From Eledone cirrhosa (Eukaryota): a stretch of 64,000 nt of DNA. The notes beneath the pieces are model-generated. The model saw only the letters and a list, made by a program, of their open reading frames with translations, was not told the DNA's origin and did not search any database. The translations under genes and the position numbers were made by a program. The stretch spans positions 35,898,001 to 35,962,000 of the forward strand of contig OZ024750.1 of assembly GCA_964016885.1 (NCBI GenBank), given 5' to 3'. Below are positions 16,105-29,984 of this stretch, in pieces; position 1 is the first letter of the stretch, and each line of letters starts with the position of its first letter.

Positions 16105-16433
16105 ATCATCATCGTTTTACGTCCGCTTTTCCCTGCTTGCAAGGGTGGGACGGGAACTGATTCTGGCTTGATTTCTACAGCTGGATGCTCTTCCTAACAC
16201 CAACCTCATTTACAGTGAGTGCTGGGTGCTTTTTTGCCGTGGCGCCTACACGTCCACTTTGCAGTGGAATGATAGGGACCCCAGTCCCTATCATCTCATT
16301 TCTACAGCTGAGTAAACTGGAGCAATGTGAAATAAAGTGTCTTGCTCAAGGAAACAACACATCACCCGCTCTGAGAATTGAACTCACAACCTTTCGATTG
16401 CAAGGCCAATGTTCTAACCACTTAGCCATGTGC
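16105..16433 (-). mobile_element. tRNA-derived CORE-like SINE (family B) with RTE-type 3' tail ending in (GAT)n
   Basis: Minus strand: TGGCTAAGTGGTTAG A box, GAGTTCAATTC B box, CCTTGAGCAAGACACTTT core; tail GAAAAGCGGACGTAAAACGATGAT resembles RTE 3' ends in this window. Confidence 0.88.
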
Positions 16434-16442
16434 ATATATATA

Positions 16443-18029
16443 TCATCATCGTCGTCCAACGTCCATCTTCCACGCTAGCATGGGTTAGACGGTTTTGTTC
16501 CATTTGATGCGGGAATGGTCGGGAGACCGTGTCTCGCTCGCACGGGAGTGTCTCTGGCAGGTTTTTTACACCTGGATGCACTTCCTAACACCAAACACAT
16601 TTACAGTGTGGACTGGGAGCCTTTTTACCATGTCTCTTACATGGCCACCTTACAGTATGGACTATTGTATCATCGACAGAGTGGATGGAACGGGAAAGGG
16701 AGAATCGGGTAGGGTGGGGGTGGGATGTACATTGGGTTAAGAGGTGCTTACTGACTGTAGGTTTAAGTTTGTATGCAATGGCAGTTGGGTCTTTTGTGCA
16801 ACTGCATGGCGCCAAAGATCTCGATCCAGTGTCATTGTCCTAGAGAGGTGTAAGACAGCAAGGTCAATTCTTATCACCTCGTCCCAGGTATTTCTTAGTC
16901 TACCCACTCCATAGCTTCCATCAATTTTCATTGCCCTGCACTTTTTTATACAGCTGTCGTCCTTCATTCGCATCACATGCCCATACCAACACAACCTCCT
17001 CTCCTGACCATATCATTTGATTCCTCTTATGCTCAGTCTCTCTCTCAATTGGTTTATGCTTCGCCTTTTGCACACATTTCTATTACACATCCATCGGAGC
17101 TTGCAAGCTTCAATTCTTTCTAATCTACGCAAGTCTTCAGCACACAACGCCCAGGTCTCACTACCATGTAATATCGCCTTTCGTATACAGGCATCATACA
17201 ATCTGCCTTTCATTTTTAGAGAGAAACCTTTTGTGGCCAACAGCGGTATTAGATCTCTGAACTTTTTCCATCCCGTTCTAACTCTGGCTACTACACTTTC
17301 AGAGCACCATCCTCCACTGCTAATTTTGTCACCCAGGTAATGGAAAGTGTCCACTATTTCTATAGAACCATCTTAGCAGTTGATAGCTTACCTGTAATCA
17401 CACTACATCTTTTATGTACCCATAGTTTTCATTAGGGACATAGAATGGAATTTTTACCTACTCCTTTTCTACTCACTGAGCATGGCCATTTCCCAGAGAG
17501 TACCTGTGTCCTATTCTCCTTTCTACATACTAGAACCTTAGTCTTAGACAAGTTCACTCTAAGGCCTTTTCATTCAAGCCCATGCTTCCATGTTTGGAAC
17601 TTTCTCTCTAGTTCAGCCATGGATTCAGTTATGAGAGTTAGAAGTTCCCATGGGTAGCCAGTCTTAAACTCTTCTGTTATAGCCTGTAGAACAATAACAG
17701 GAGGGGGCTAAGGACGGAGCCTTGATGAACCCCTACTATTACGCTAAATTCATCACTATATTCATTGTTAATTCTAACCTTGCTGACTGTTCCTCTATAC
17801 ATGGCTTGTATAGCTTTCACAAGTCATTCTTCCACTCCTAGTTTTTTATGAGCGCACCAGATTAAGGAGCGTGGGACTCTGTCAAAAGCCTTCTCCAGGT
17901 CAACAAAAGCTAAGTAGAGGGCTTTACTGTTAGCGAGGTACTTCTCCTGTAATTGCTGTACAAGGAAAAGAGCATCCTTGGTGCTTTTACCCAAACTGCA
18001 TATCATCTAGATCAATTTTGTCTCTAATC
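16443..18029 (-). mobile_element. RTE LINE, 5'-truncated and degraded
   Basis: LAFVDLEKAFDRVP, FHYLGD, ILHGSETW and WYGHVMR fragments; 3' UTR with (GAT)n tail. Confidence 0.9.
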
Positions 18030-18030
18030 A

Positions 18031-18333
18031 TCTATATATATAAAACTGAGGATGTCTCTGTGTGTGTCTGTGAGTTTGAATCCCTAAAACTTGAGAAGTA
18101 CCCAACCGATTTTTTTCAAACTTTACATGTGGTAAAAACCTGCATTTTTCCTGCTTCATTGAGAAAAATCTTAAAGATTATCCAGCCATCAGAGTATTCG
18201 GTTTATTTTCTTTACATATTATCTAGGCATGCAATTTTTCCACGATTTTCCAGGTCTTTTAGTCTTTTCCAGGTCTTTTAGTGGGCCGCGTTCCAAAATA
18301 CCTTATCCAATGCAACACCGGGTACCACTGCTA

Positions 18334-18334
<1 letters not shown>
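18031..18334 (+). mobile_element. Non-autonomous Helitron-like element
   Basis: A|TCTATATATATAAAA 5' end; CAACACCGGGTACCACTGCTAG|T 3' end; 5' part homologous to 32334-33006. Confidence 0.7.
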
Positions 18335-18385
<51 letters not shown>

Positions 18386-18427
18386 CAAAATATTAATAAA
18401 TGAAGACATTCACATAATCAAAATATA

Positions 18428-18493
18428 TATTTTATTATATATATTTCGAAGTTACTGTGCTGTTTTTTCAGTACGTCCTCGTCAGATAAAATA
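18428..18493 (-). ncRNA. Type-I hammerhead ribozyme (PLE pLTR-type)
   Basis: Minus: TATTTTAT-CTGACGA-stem II-GAAA-TATATA-TA^ATAAAATA; 8-bp stem I, palindromic stem III. Confidence 0.8.
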
Positions 18494-18693
18494 CATGAAT
18501 TGATGTATGACATACCTCAACTGTCTTGATGGTTCAATTCCAGTATTGGCAATCCAATTAATCTTTGGTTATATATATATATATATTAGGCGGTGAATTG
18601 GCAGAGTCATTAAGACGTCGGATAGAATGCTTACGGTATTCATCCATATGACAGTGCCTCTACGACTCCACAAGGAGTTATAGGATCTTTATC

Positions 18694-18730
<37 letters not shown>

Positions 18731-18735
<5 letters not shown>

Positions 18736-19060
18736 ATACTTGGGGAGGGTCATATTTGTGTAATAATATTGCCAGAATTAATAACAGAACACACTCATTG
18801 TTTGGTTGGTTTTCGCTTCTGTGTCTTTTATATCGGTTAATTTAATTTATTCGGTCCTCAATGTTGCCATTGACTGACCAATGGTCAAAAATACAGATAC
18901 AATATAGACACAAACACATATATATAGTCTAACAAAGTTCTTTCGTTGCACATCTGCAACATCGTCAGTGGTGCTATTATGTTTCCTCCCGTTATATTGT
19001 ATGCTTACGACATCTTTATCTAGTCTGTTTATTTATTTATTTGTTTATTCATCGCCGTTA
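18731..19060 (-). mobile_element. Dispersed repeat, probable PLE pLTR, with hammerhead core; related copy at 53640-53992 in the opposite orientation
   Basis: Minus: CTGACGA-TGTTGCAGATGTGCAAC-GAAA; terminus TGACCCTCCCCAAGTATAAC resembles 53968-53990 and 57523-57542. Confidence 0.6.
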
Positions 19061-19067
19061 TATATAT

Positions 19068-19105
<38 letters not shown>

Positions 19106-19346
19106 TTTTACGTCAGCTTTTCCTTGCTTGCAAGGGTGGGACGGGAACTGATTCTGGCTTGATTTCTACAGCTGGATGCCCTTCCTAACACCAACCTCAT
19201 TTACAGTGAGTACTGGGTGCTTTTTTTCCGTGGCGCCTACACGTCCACTTTACAGTGGAATGACAGGGACCCCAGTCCTATCATCTCATTTCTACAGCTG
19301 AGTAAACTGGAGCAATGTGAAATAAAGTGTCTTGTTCAAGGACACA

Positions 19347-19350
<4 letters not shown>
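19068..19350 (-). mobile_element. SINE family B, 5'-truncated
   Basis: (CAT)n tail; body matches 16105-16433. Confidence 0.85.
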
Positions 19351-19392
<42 letters not shown>

Positions 19393-19396
<4 letters not shown>

Positions 19397-19493
19397 GTTT
19401 CTACTTTTGGCACAAGGCCAGCAATAACCCAATACATTACTGGTACTTTATTTTATCGACCCCGTAAGGATGAAAGGCAAAGTTAACCTCGGC
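19393..19493 (-). mobile_element. SINE family A, 3' half
   Basis: AATTGTTTCTACTTTTGGCACAAGGCC...GAAAGGCAAAGTTAACCTCGGCG. Confidence 0.85.
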
Positions 19494-19494
19494 G

Positions 19495-19527
<33 letters not shown>

Positions 19528-20067
19528 GTAGGTTCATTGCCTCTCATGACATGACCTGCATGCTGCAGATGCTTGATACGGATGGTATGGCTAATGGGTG
19601 GGAGGTTGCCATAGAGAATTTAGTTTGTAACAATGGTCGAGAGGTCTGATTTTTTTTTTTTTTTTATCTTTCTTAGCATCCATGTGTAACAACTATCTAA
19701 AGTTATGGTGATAGGTTTTGTTACAACCCATGATTTACAGGAATACAGTAAGATTGATTCCACTGTAGCTATGAATAATCAAAATCCATTCATAATTAAA
19801 TTGACCAGCCATCAACAACTCTTTTCTGATTGCTCACTACCCCACACAAACCTCTTGATAATGGATGGTAAATCTGAAAATATTTGGGATCACTATAATT
19901 GCTAAGGTAAAATTCCACCATTCTCATTTTTTCTCAGTTCTTTTGTCCTATTTTCTCTAATTCTTATTACCTTGGTACTTAGAATCTCACGTGCATTGTC
20001 AGGCTTCGAAATAATTCAACTTATTTTATTGTTAAATATTTATTTCTTATTCTACAATACTTCAAGC

Positions 20068-22715
20068 AAACTACAACACTTTGTTAAATTACAATACTTT
20101 GTTAGACTACGACACTTTATCCAACTTCAGCACTGTATCAAACTACAGCACTGTATCAAACTACAGCACTGTATCAAACTACAGCACTGTATCAAACTAC
20201 AGCACTGTATCAAACTACAACACTTTATTAAACTACAACACTTTATCAAACTACAACACTTTATTAAACTACAACACTTTATTAAACTACAACACTTTAT
20301 TAAACTACAACACTTATCAAACTACAACACTTTATCAAACTACATGTTATCAAACTACATCACTTTATGAAACTACAACACTTTATTAAACTACAGCACT
20401 TTATCAAACTACATTTTATTAAACTACAACACTTTATCAAACTACAACACTTTATTAAACTACAACACTTATCAAACTACAACACTTTGTTAGACTACAA
20501 CACTTTATCAAACTACAACACTTTATCAAACTACAACACTTTATCAAACTACAACACTTATCAAACTACAACACTTTGTTAAACTACAACACTTATCAAA
20601 CTACAACACTTTATCAAACTACAACACTTTATCAAACTACAACACTTTATCAAACTACAACATGTTATCAAACTACAACACTTTATGAAACTACAACACT
20701 TTATTAAACTACAACACTTATCAAACTACAACACTTTATCAAACTACATGTTATCAAACTACATCACTTTATGAAACTACAACACTTTATTAAACTACAG
20801 CACTTTATCAAACTACATTTTATTAAACTACAACACTTTATCAAACTACAACACTTTATTAAACTACAACACTTATCAAACTACAACACTTTGTTAGACT
20901 ACAACACTTTATCAAACTACAACACTTTATCAAACTACAACACTTTATCAAACTATAACACTTATCAAACTACAACACTTTGTTAAACTACAACACTTAT
21001 CAAACTACAACACTTTATCAAACTACAACACTTTATCAAACTACAACACTTTATCAAACTACAACATGTTATCAAACTACAACACTTTATGAAACTACAA
21101 CACTTTATTAAACTACAACACTTTATCAAACTACAACACTTTATCAAACTACAGCACTGTATCAAACTACAACACTTTATCAAACTACAACACTTTGTTA
21201 GACTACAACACTTTATTAAACTACAACACTTTATTAAACTACAACACTTTATTAAACTACAACACTTATCAAACTACAACACTTATCAAACTACACCACT
21301 TTATTAAACTACAACACTTATCAAACTACAGCACTGTATCAAACTACAGCACTGTATCAAACTACACCACTTTATTAAACTACAACACTTTATCAAACTA
21401 CAACACTTTATCAAACTACAGCACTGTATCAAACTACAACACTTTGTTAGACTACAACACTTTATTAAACTACAACACTTTATTAAACTACAACACTTTA
21501 TTAAACTACAACACTTATCAAACTACAACACTTTATCAAACTACACCACTTTGTTAGACTACAACACTTTATCAAACTACAACACTTTATCAAACTACAA
21601 CACTTTATCAAACTACAACACTTTATCAAACTACAACACTTTATTAAACTACAACACTTTATCAAACTACAACACTTATCAAACTACAACACTTTGTTAA
21701 ACTACAACACTTTATCAAACTACAACACTTTATCAAACTACACCACTTTATCAAACTACACCACTTTGTTAGACTACAACACTTTATCAAACTACAACAC
21801 TTTATCAAACTACAACACTTTATTAAACTACAACACTTTATCAAACTACAACACTTATCAAACTACAACACTTTATCAAACTACACCACTTTATCAAACT
21901 ACACCACTTTGTTAGACTACAACACTTTATCAAACTACAACACTTTATCAAACTACAACACTTTATTAAACTACAACACTTTATCAAACTACAACATGTT
22001 ATCAAACTACAACACTTTATGAAACTACAACACTTTATTAAACTACAACACTTTATCAAACTACAACACTTTATCAAACTACAGCACTGTATCAAACTAC
22101 AGCACTGTATCAAACTACAGCACTGTATCAAACTACACCACTTTATTAAACTACAACACTTTATCAAACTACAACACTTTATCAAACTACACCACTTTAT
22201 CAAACTACACCACTTTGTTAGACTACAACACTTTATCAAACTACAACACTTTATCAAACTACAACACTTTATTAAACTACAACACTTTATTAAACTACAA
22301 CACTTTATTAAACTACAACACTTTATTAAACTACAACACTTATCAAACTACAACACTTTATCAAACTACAACACTTTATTAAACTACAACACTTTATGAA
22401 ACTACAACACTTTATCAAACTACAACACTTTATCAAACTACAACACTTATCAAACTACACCACTTTATCAAACTACACCACTTTGTTAGACTACAACACT
22501 TTATCAAACTACAACACTTTATTAATCTACAACACTTTATTAAACTACAACACTTTATTAAACTACAACACTTATCAAACTACAACACTTCGTTAAACTA
22601 CAACATTTATCAAACTACAACACTTTATCAAACTACGACACTTTGTTAAACTACAACACTTATCAAACTACAACACTTTATTAAACTACAACAATTTATT
22701 AAACTACAACATTTT
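20068..22715. repeat. 18-bp satellite AAACTACAACACTTTATC, with 17-bp variants and an internal 404-bp duplication
   Basis: Direct periodicity; identical ORF translations at 20367 and 20771. Confidence 0.97.
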
Positions 22716-23204
22716 GTTCATCTAAATTTTATTTTTAGTGGTTATGTTAGATTTCCACACCCTATCTAGCATTTAAAGTAATATTTTTGGTTCTATTTCT
22801 TACTGGAAAGTCTTTCTGCAACTGCTAGCTAACAGATCCATCTAACCTGTGCTAGGCTAGAAAATCAAATGTTAAAGTGATGGTGGTTGTGATGATTGAA
22901 TTTTTATAATTATGATAAAGATTTCATTTTTAGATGAATACATACAAATCTAATTAATCCTAATTCGTTGATTCATTTGGAAGATATCAATAATACAGAA
23001 ATCAAAAGAAAACAATATCAACATTTGTTCTTTTGTTTTGTACAATCTCAGTTTTCACCTGCTGATAAAATTGAACCATGAATAAATTCTCAAAATAACA
23101 TTTCACCTGTCTATGTGATATCAAGATTAAAAGATGGAAGATAAATGTTTAACATGTGGCTGTGTGGTTAAGATGATTACTTCATAACAATGTGTGCTCA
23201 ATCT

Positions 23205-24965
23205 CAGAGTGGGGTAAATCTACTCCAGTTGTGGGTTGATCAATGACTTGTGGCCAAATATAGCCCAGTTGTAGGTTGACCAGTGATTTGTGGGTACATG
23301 TACTCCAGTTTGGCGTTAACCAGTGACTTGTGGGTACATCTACTCCAGTTATGGGTTGACCAGTGACTTATGGGTACATCTACTACATTGTGGGTTAACC
23401 ACTGACTTGTGGTTAAATATAGCCCAGTTGTGAATTAACCAGTGACTTGTGGGTACATGTACTCCAGTTGGGGTTTAACCAGTGACTTCTGGGTACATGT
23501 ACTCCAGTTGGGGTTTAACCAGTGACTTGTGGGTGCAAGTACTCCAGTTGGGGTTTAACCAGTGACTTGTGGATACATGTACTCCAGTTGGGGGTTAACC
23601 AGTGACTTGTAGGTACAAGTACTCCATTTGGGGTTAACCAGTCATTTGTGGGTACATGTACTCCAGTTGTGGGTAACAAGTGAGTTGTGGGTACAAGTAC
23701 TCCATTTGGGGTTAACCAGTCATTTGTGGGTACATGTACTCCAGTTAGGGGTTAACCAGTGACTTGTGGGTACATGTACTCCAGTTAGGGTTTAACCAGT
23801 GATTTGTAGGTACAAGTTCTCCAGTTGGGGTTAACCAGTCATTTGTGGGTACATGTACTCCAGTTGGGGGTTAACCAGTGACTTGTGGGTACATGTACTC
23901 CAGTTTTGAATTAACCTGTGACTTGTAGGTACATGTACTCCAATTGGGGGTTAACCAGTGACTTGTGGGTACATGTACTCCAGTTGTGAATTAACCAGTG
24001 ACTTGTGGGTACATGTACTCCAGTTGGGGATTAACCAGTGACTTCTGAGTACATGTACTCCAGTTAGGGTTTAACCAGTGATTTGTGGGTACATGTACTC
24101 CAGTTTGGCGTTAACCAGTGATTTGTGGGTACATCTACTCCAGTTATGGGTTGACCAGTGACTTGTGGGTACATCTACTACATTGTGGGTTAACCACTGA
24201 CTTGTGGTTAAATATAGTCCAGTTGTGAATTAACCAGTGACTTTTGGGTACATGTACTCCACTTGGGGGTTAACCATTGACTTGTGGGTACATGTACTCC
24301 AGTTGGAGGTTAACCAGTTATTTGTGGGTACATGTACTCCAGTTGGGGGTTAACCAGTGACTTGTGGGTACATGTACTCCAGTTGGGGATTAACCAGTGA
24401 CTTGTGGGTACATGTACTCCAGTTGGAGGTTAACCAGTGATTTGTGGGTACATGTACTCCAGTTGGGGTTTAACCAGTGACTTGTGGGTACATGTACTCC
24501 ACTTGGGGGTTAACCATTGACTTGTGGGTACATGTACTCCAGTTGGAGGTTAGCCAGTTATTTGTGGGTACATGTACTCCAGTTGGGGGTTAACCAGTGA
24601 CTTGTGGGTACATGTACTCCAGTTGGGGATTAACCAGTGACTTGTGGGTACATGTACTCCAGTTGGAGGGTAACCAGTGACTTGTGGGTACATGTACTCC
24701 AGTTGGGGTTAACCAGTGACTTGTGGGCACATGTACTCCAGTTGGGGGTTAACCAGCGACTTGTGGCTAAATATACCCCATTTGTTTGGTTAAGCAGTGA
24801 CTTGTGGGCCAATCGACTCCAGCTGTGTGTTTACCAGTAGGTTAACCAGTGACTTCTGGGTACATCTACTCCAGCTGTATGTTGATCAGAGACTTTTGGG
24901 TACATGTACCTCACTTGCAGCTTGACTTGTGGCCAAATATACCCCAGTTGTGGGTTCACCAATGA
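23205..24965. repeat. 40-bp satellite TTAACCAGTGACTTGTGGGTACATGTACTCCAGTTGGGGG
   Basis: About 44 units containing GTACATGTAC and GGTTAACC palindromes; diagnostic variants recur at ~795-bp offset. Confidence 0.95.
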
Positions 24966-25534
24966 TTTTTGAAGGAAATTTAGTAGAGTATATCCATAAA
25001 CATACATACACATATATATATATATATATATACACACATGTATACACACACACATACGTGGACATACATATTTATCTAATCATCACTATCCTCCTCTCAT
25101 CATCCCCACCGTCATTTTACACCCACCTTCGATACACCTCTATTATGAATTATGCTATGTTAAGACTATAACAAATTAATTCTAGCTAGTCAACCTTGAA
25201 CTATATGCAAATGAGCTTCCCCAGTGGGTGTTTCATATGCGTGTATAAGTTATAATTTAGTTTTGTCCAAGTACTGAATGAATAAAGATCACTAATGATG
25301 GATGAATGTCCTAAAATGGTAGCTTTTGGTGTTGTTACGTGGCTACTGAGGTAGCTGTGACATGATCACAGCTTCAAATATTCATAGCAAGGCTTATATA
25401 TGTTTATTATACATAAATATATTATATATGCCTTCATACAGATTTGTTATGAATCACACTATGTTAGTACTACTGCTAATAAATATTAATCTCTCTCTCT
25501 CTTTCTCTCTAAATATGTATGGATATATGTGTGT

Positions 25535-25978
25535 GGTGTGAGATGCTGCATGGTAGTGAAACATGGGCTGTGACTGCAGAGGACATGTGCAGATTGGAGA
25601 GAAATGAATCAACCATGCTTCATTAGATGTACAATATCAGGGCGAGAGAAAGGCAGAGCTTGGACGAGCTGGTGGAGAAACTGGGTTTAAGAGGAATCGG
25701 AGGTGAAGTGCAGAAGAGAAGATTGCATTAGCATTGACATGTGATGTGAATATATAATGACTGTTGGGTGAAGAAATGTCAGGAAATCACGTTGGAAGAA
25801 AGCCGCAGTAGAGGATAACTAAGAAAGACCTGAGCAGAGGTTGTGAGAGCTGACCTCAAATCACTAAGACTGGCAGAGATGACGAAGGAACATAACGAGC
25901 GGAGAGATGTAGTGCTGAGAAGTACCCACCCTACCCTTACAAACATAGGAAAGCGGACTTAAAAACGATGATGATGAT
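25535..25978 (+). mobile_element. RTE LINE 3' fragment (older subfamily)
   Basis: MLHGSETWAVTAEDMCRLERNE; tail GGAAAGCGGACTTAAAAACGATGATGAT. Confidence 0.85.
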
Positions 25979-25980
25979 AT

Positions 25981-26075
25981 ATATACAAATGACTTCTACC
26001 GGAATAAACTGTTTCATTCATATAAACTCATCAGAAATGAAACAATTCTAGTCTTGTAGGAGTCATTTCTATATA
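25981..26075 (-). ncRNA. Fold-back remnant with hammerhead core (same family as 39684-39800)
   Basis: Minus: CTGATGA-GTTTATATGAAT-GAAACAG...CGGTA^GAAGTC; right half is an inverted copy from GAAAC onward. Confidence 0.6.
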
Positions 26076-26160
26076 AAATATAGAATCATATATTCTGCTA
26101 ATGTATTGAGTACCTTTTTTAACTGTGGTCACCTTCTAATACCCATCAGGATTTCACTCA

Positions 26161-27735
26161 TAATCATCATCACCATTTTATTTTCCATGCTAGCATGGGT
26201 TAGACGGGTTGTCCTATTGTGGGTGATGTTAGGTCGGGTGACCTTGTCTTGCTCATACGGGAACTGATTTTGGCTTGATTTCTACAGCTGGATGCCCTTC
26301 TTAACACCAACCTCATTTACAGTGAGTGCTGGATGCTTTTTTTTCGTTGCGCCTACATGTCCACTTTACAGTGTGGGCTGGGTGCTTTTTTTGTCGTGAC
26401 ACCTCTACGACCACTTTGCAGTGGGAGGGGATGGCGGCTTATTGTCTATATGCTTCAGCTTCGGCTTGTTCCCAAGTGAAGTCAGGTCTTCTGTATTACT
26501 GTGTGACGGCAGAGGTCACAGTCCTGTGTCATCGTTGTTGAGAGGTGTAATTGAGCAAGGTCCACTTTTATCACCTCATTCCAGATCTTCTTGGGTTTCC
26601 TCACTCCATGGCTTCCATCAACATTTAGTGCTCTGCTCCTTTTTATGCAGCTGTCATCCTTCATACGCATCACATGTCCATACCAACGCAACTGCCTCTC
26701 CTGTACACAGCATTTGATTCCTCTTATGCTCAGTCTCTCTCTCAGTTCGTTTATGCTTTGCTGTTCGCGTATATTACTATTACACATCCATCGGAGCATG
26801 CAAGTGTCATTTCTTTCTAATCTACACAAGTCTTCTACACCCAGCGCCCAGGTCTCACTACCATGTAACATTGCTGTTCGTATACACGCATCATACAGTC
26901 TGCCTTTCATTTCATTTTGAGGGAAAAATCTTTTGCAGCTAGCAGTAGTAGTAGCTCCCTGAACTTCTTCCATCCCGTTCTTACCCTGGTTACTGTACTT
27001 TCAGAACACCTACCTCCACTGCTAATTTGGTCACCTAGGTAGCATAAGCTGTCTACTGTTTCTACAGAGCCCTCCCAGAGTTTGGTGGTGCTTGTTTCCT
27101 GTGACTGTTTGCTGCTTACTGTCCCGGTGCAGCTGCTACATGTAAAGCCTACATTCCTAACTAAACTTCCTGAAATCCCACTACAACTCTTGTGTACCCA
27201 TAGTTTGCATTTGGGGCAGAGGATGGAATTCTTACCTACACCTTTCCTACAAACTGAGCAAGGCCATTTCCCTGAGGGGATCTGGGTTCTACTTACGAGG
27301 ACCTTAGTTTTTGTCAAGTTGACTTTAAGACCCCTTCTTTCTAGGCTCTGCTTCCATGTTTGGAATTTCTTCTTTAGTTCTGCCATAGATTCAGCTATAA
27401 GTGTAAGATCATCTGCAATCAGAAACCTGCAATACTATAATAAACAGGAGAGGGCTAAGAACAGAGCCCTGGTGGACACTGACCTGTATGTTAAATTCTT
27501 CGCTATAGTCATTGTTAACCTTAACTTTGCTGACTATACATGACTTGTATAGCTTTTACAAGCCATTCATCTACTCCTTGTTTTCTAAGAGCCCATCAGA
27601 TTATAGCATGGGGCACTCTGTCGAAGGCTTTTTCCAGATTGACAAATGCTAGGTAGAGCGGCTTACTTTAAGCTAGGTACTTTTCCTGGCACAAACCCAA
27701 ACTGCATCTCATCTAGTTTTACCCGATCCCTAATC
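26161..27735 (-). mobile_element. RTE LINE, 5'-truncated
   Basis: SGKWPCSVCRKGVG...HKSCSG finger, CYLGD, MLHGSETW, RWYGHVMR; 3' UTR and (GAT)n tail. Confidence 0.92.
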
Positions 27736-28056
27736 AACTACACCCAGCCTACACTGTAAAGTGGTTGTGTAGGTGTCACAAGATAAAGCACCCAGCCCAC
27801 ACTGTAAAGTGTTCGTGCTGGTGTCACAACAAAAAGCACCCAGCACACACTATGAAGTGGTTGTGTAGGTGTCACAACATAAACCACCCAACACACTCTG
27901 TAAATGTGGTTGGTGTTAGGAAGGGCATCCAACCAAAATCAGTTCTGTATGAGCAAGACATGTCATAAGACCTGGCTTGTCTCACAACGGGACAACTCAT
28001 CTAACCCATGCTAGCATGGAAAATATGATGTTAAATGGTGATGTTGATGATGATGA
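27736..28056 (+). mobile_element. RTE/SINE-B 3' tail in opposite orientation, abutting the truncated RTE
   Basis: GGTTGGTGTTAGGAAGGGCATCC...CCCATGCTAGCATGGAAAA...GATGATGAT. Confidence 0.8.
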
Positions 28057-28078
28057 TATATATATATATATATATATA

Positions 28079-28967
28079 CAGGGTGCGGAAGATATTTGTT
28101 CGCAATTTTCAACTGCTAATTTTATGCACATTTTTTTTACTTCCGTTGTCACTCTTGTCTTCATAAAAACAGTGACTATATTTCCATTATTTATTTTCAG
28201 AATAATTGATTATGAATAATTTTGAACCTCCAAATTTGTGGAAGAGACACGGAGTTCTTCTTGGAGTCCACGCCGGGAGGACAAATAAGACCAGAAGATC
28301 AACTCCCAGAACAACAGGTGGCTCGCTGTCTAATCCAAAGACGTGCCCAGAGTCATGCAGACAAAGTTTTCAGCAACAACATTGGTCTTGTGTGTCGTCA
28401 GCAGTTAAGGTGACGTCACGCCACCTCACTTCTTCCCTGAGGACCTCAAGCTGACCACCAATGGCTACATCCGCGTTCTGAGCGAGGTAGTAAAGCCCTG
28501 GATCGACCAGGTAGCTGCAGGTTGGCTGTACGTGTGGCAGCAAGACTCAGCGCCCTGCCATAGCAGCCGAAAGACCCAAGCCTGGCTGTCAGAGAACTTT
28601 GTTGACCACACTTCACCTGACATCTGGCCTCCCAGCTTGCCTGACTGCAACCCCCTCGACTTCTTTGTGTGGGGCGCAGTGGAACGAAACACCAACAGAT
28701 CTAGCTGCAATACAAAAGACGATCTGAAGGCCAGGATCACAAGTGCCTTTAGGGGCCTAAATCGGGGGACAGTGACAAAGGCCTGAAGCCAGTTCCGAGG
28801 CCGCCTTGAGGCCTTCATCAAAGCCAATGGCGGGTTTATCGAGTGAGATCGAAAGAACAAGTCATGAAGACAAACTGACCCAAGTTTGATAAATATATCT
28901 TAAAAAATAAAACTACTGTGTTATTTTTTCCTGGACAGTAATCTTGCAAACAGATATCGTCCGCACC

Positions 28968-28970
<3 letters not shown>
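28079..28970 (+). mobile_element. DD37D (maT) transposon, internally deleted copy
   Basis: Same TIRs and TA flanks as 14708-16070; 37 residues between the D of QQDSAP and the D of NPLDF. Confidence 0.92.
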
Positions 28971-28998
<28 letters not shown>

Positions 28999-29021
28999 CT
29001 TCATGCTTCTTAATGTTTACA

Positions 29022-29595
29022 ACAGCGGTTGCCAACTTTTTGGTCCTCACAGACCACTAAATTCATAATTTTAAACCCTGCGAACCACTAATATAAATTT
29101 TTGTAAAAGATAATTACATTTATAAAGTAATGATCAGAGAACTTTCATTCTATTAAACATTACTGAAGCGTATGTATATGTGTCATTATTGTCGATTGAT
29201 GCTACATATGTGTAAAATTCTGGATATTAGTTCTTTACTGAGGAGAAACGTTTTTAGTGGTGTTATAAAATATATATATTATCCGAATATTATTTTTGTT
29301 TTATTATTTAATAAAACATAGGGCGGTGGATTGGCAGTATCGGTAGAGGGTCGGACGCCATGCTTTGACGTATATAGTTACGGCGCTTGCCATTCTGAGT
29401 TCAAATCCTGCCGAGGTTAACTTTGCCTTTCATCCTTACGGGGTCAATAAAATAAAGTACCAGTAATGCACTGGGATAATTGCTGGCCTTGTGCCTAAAG
29501 TAGAAACAATTATTTAATAAAATATAAAAATTGCAAATAATGTCCAAATTTTTCTGTAGATCACCAACATTTTATCTCGGACCACCTACTGGTGG
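29022..29595. mobile_element. Degenerate hAT/Charlie-like MITE interrupted by a SINE
   Basis: Begins CAGCGGTTGCCAACTTTTTGGTCCTCACAGACCAC; right end is decayed. Confidence 0.45.
29321..29508 (+). mobile_element. SINE family A, full length, with TSD
   Basis: TSD ATTATTTAATAAAA(C/T)ATA on both sides. Confidence 0.9.
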
Positions 29596-29984
29596 TTTAC
29601 AATATTAAAGACAGTTACAACATTGCTTCCAGCGTGGCTACAACACAAAGACAATCATACACACATTCTGGTTTTTCCCAAGAAACCTACCCATAACTTC
29701 CAAAACTAAACGACATCTTCACTCACTGACAAAAATCACCCTATAGACTACTGCTTTGAAATGTCAGTGGTCTATAGGGTAATTTTGTCACATGCAATAA
29801 TATCACTCCTCCTGCCCCAGAATGGAAAAAAAAATATATATATATATATACAATATATTAACAAATGGAAACTATATTTATAAAACCATATTTATTTCAT
29901 TATACATATTTCAAGGGCCAGGAGATTCCAACCAGAATGGTTGCATTTTTTCAGGGTATGTCAATATTTATTTATAAAACTATT

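Noticed and set aside
19972-22596. (KLQHFI)n and (IKCCSL)n ORFs
   Set aside because: Translations of the 18-bp satellite, broken by 17-bp units
29238-29252. CTGAGGAGAAAC hammerhead-like string
   Set aside because: No stem II or stem I; probably chance
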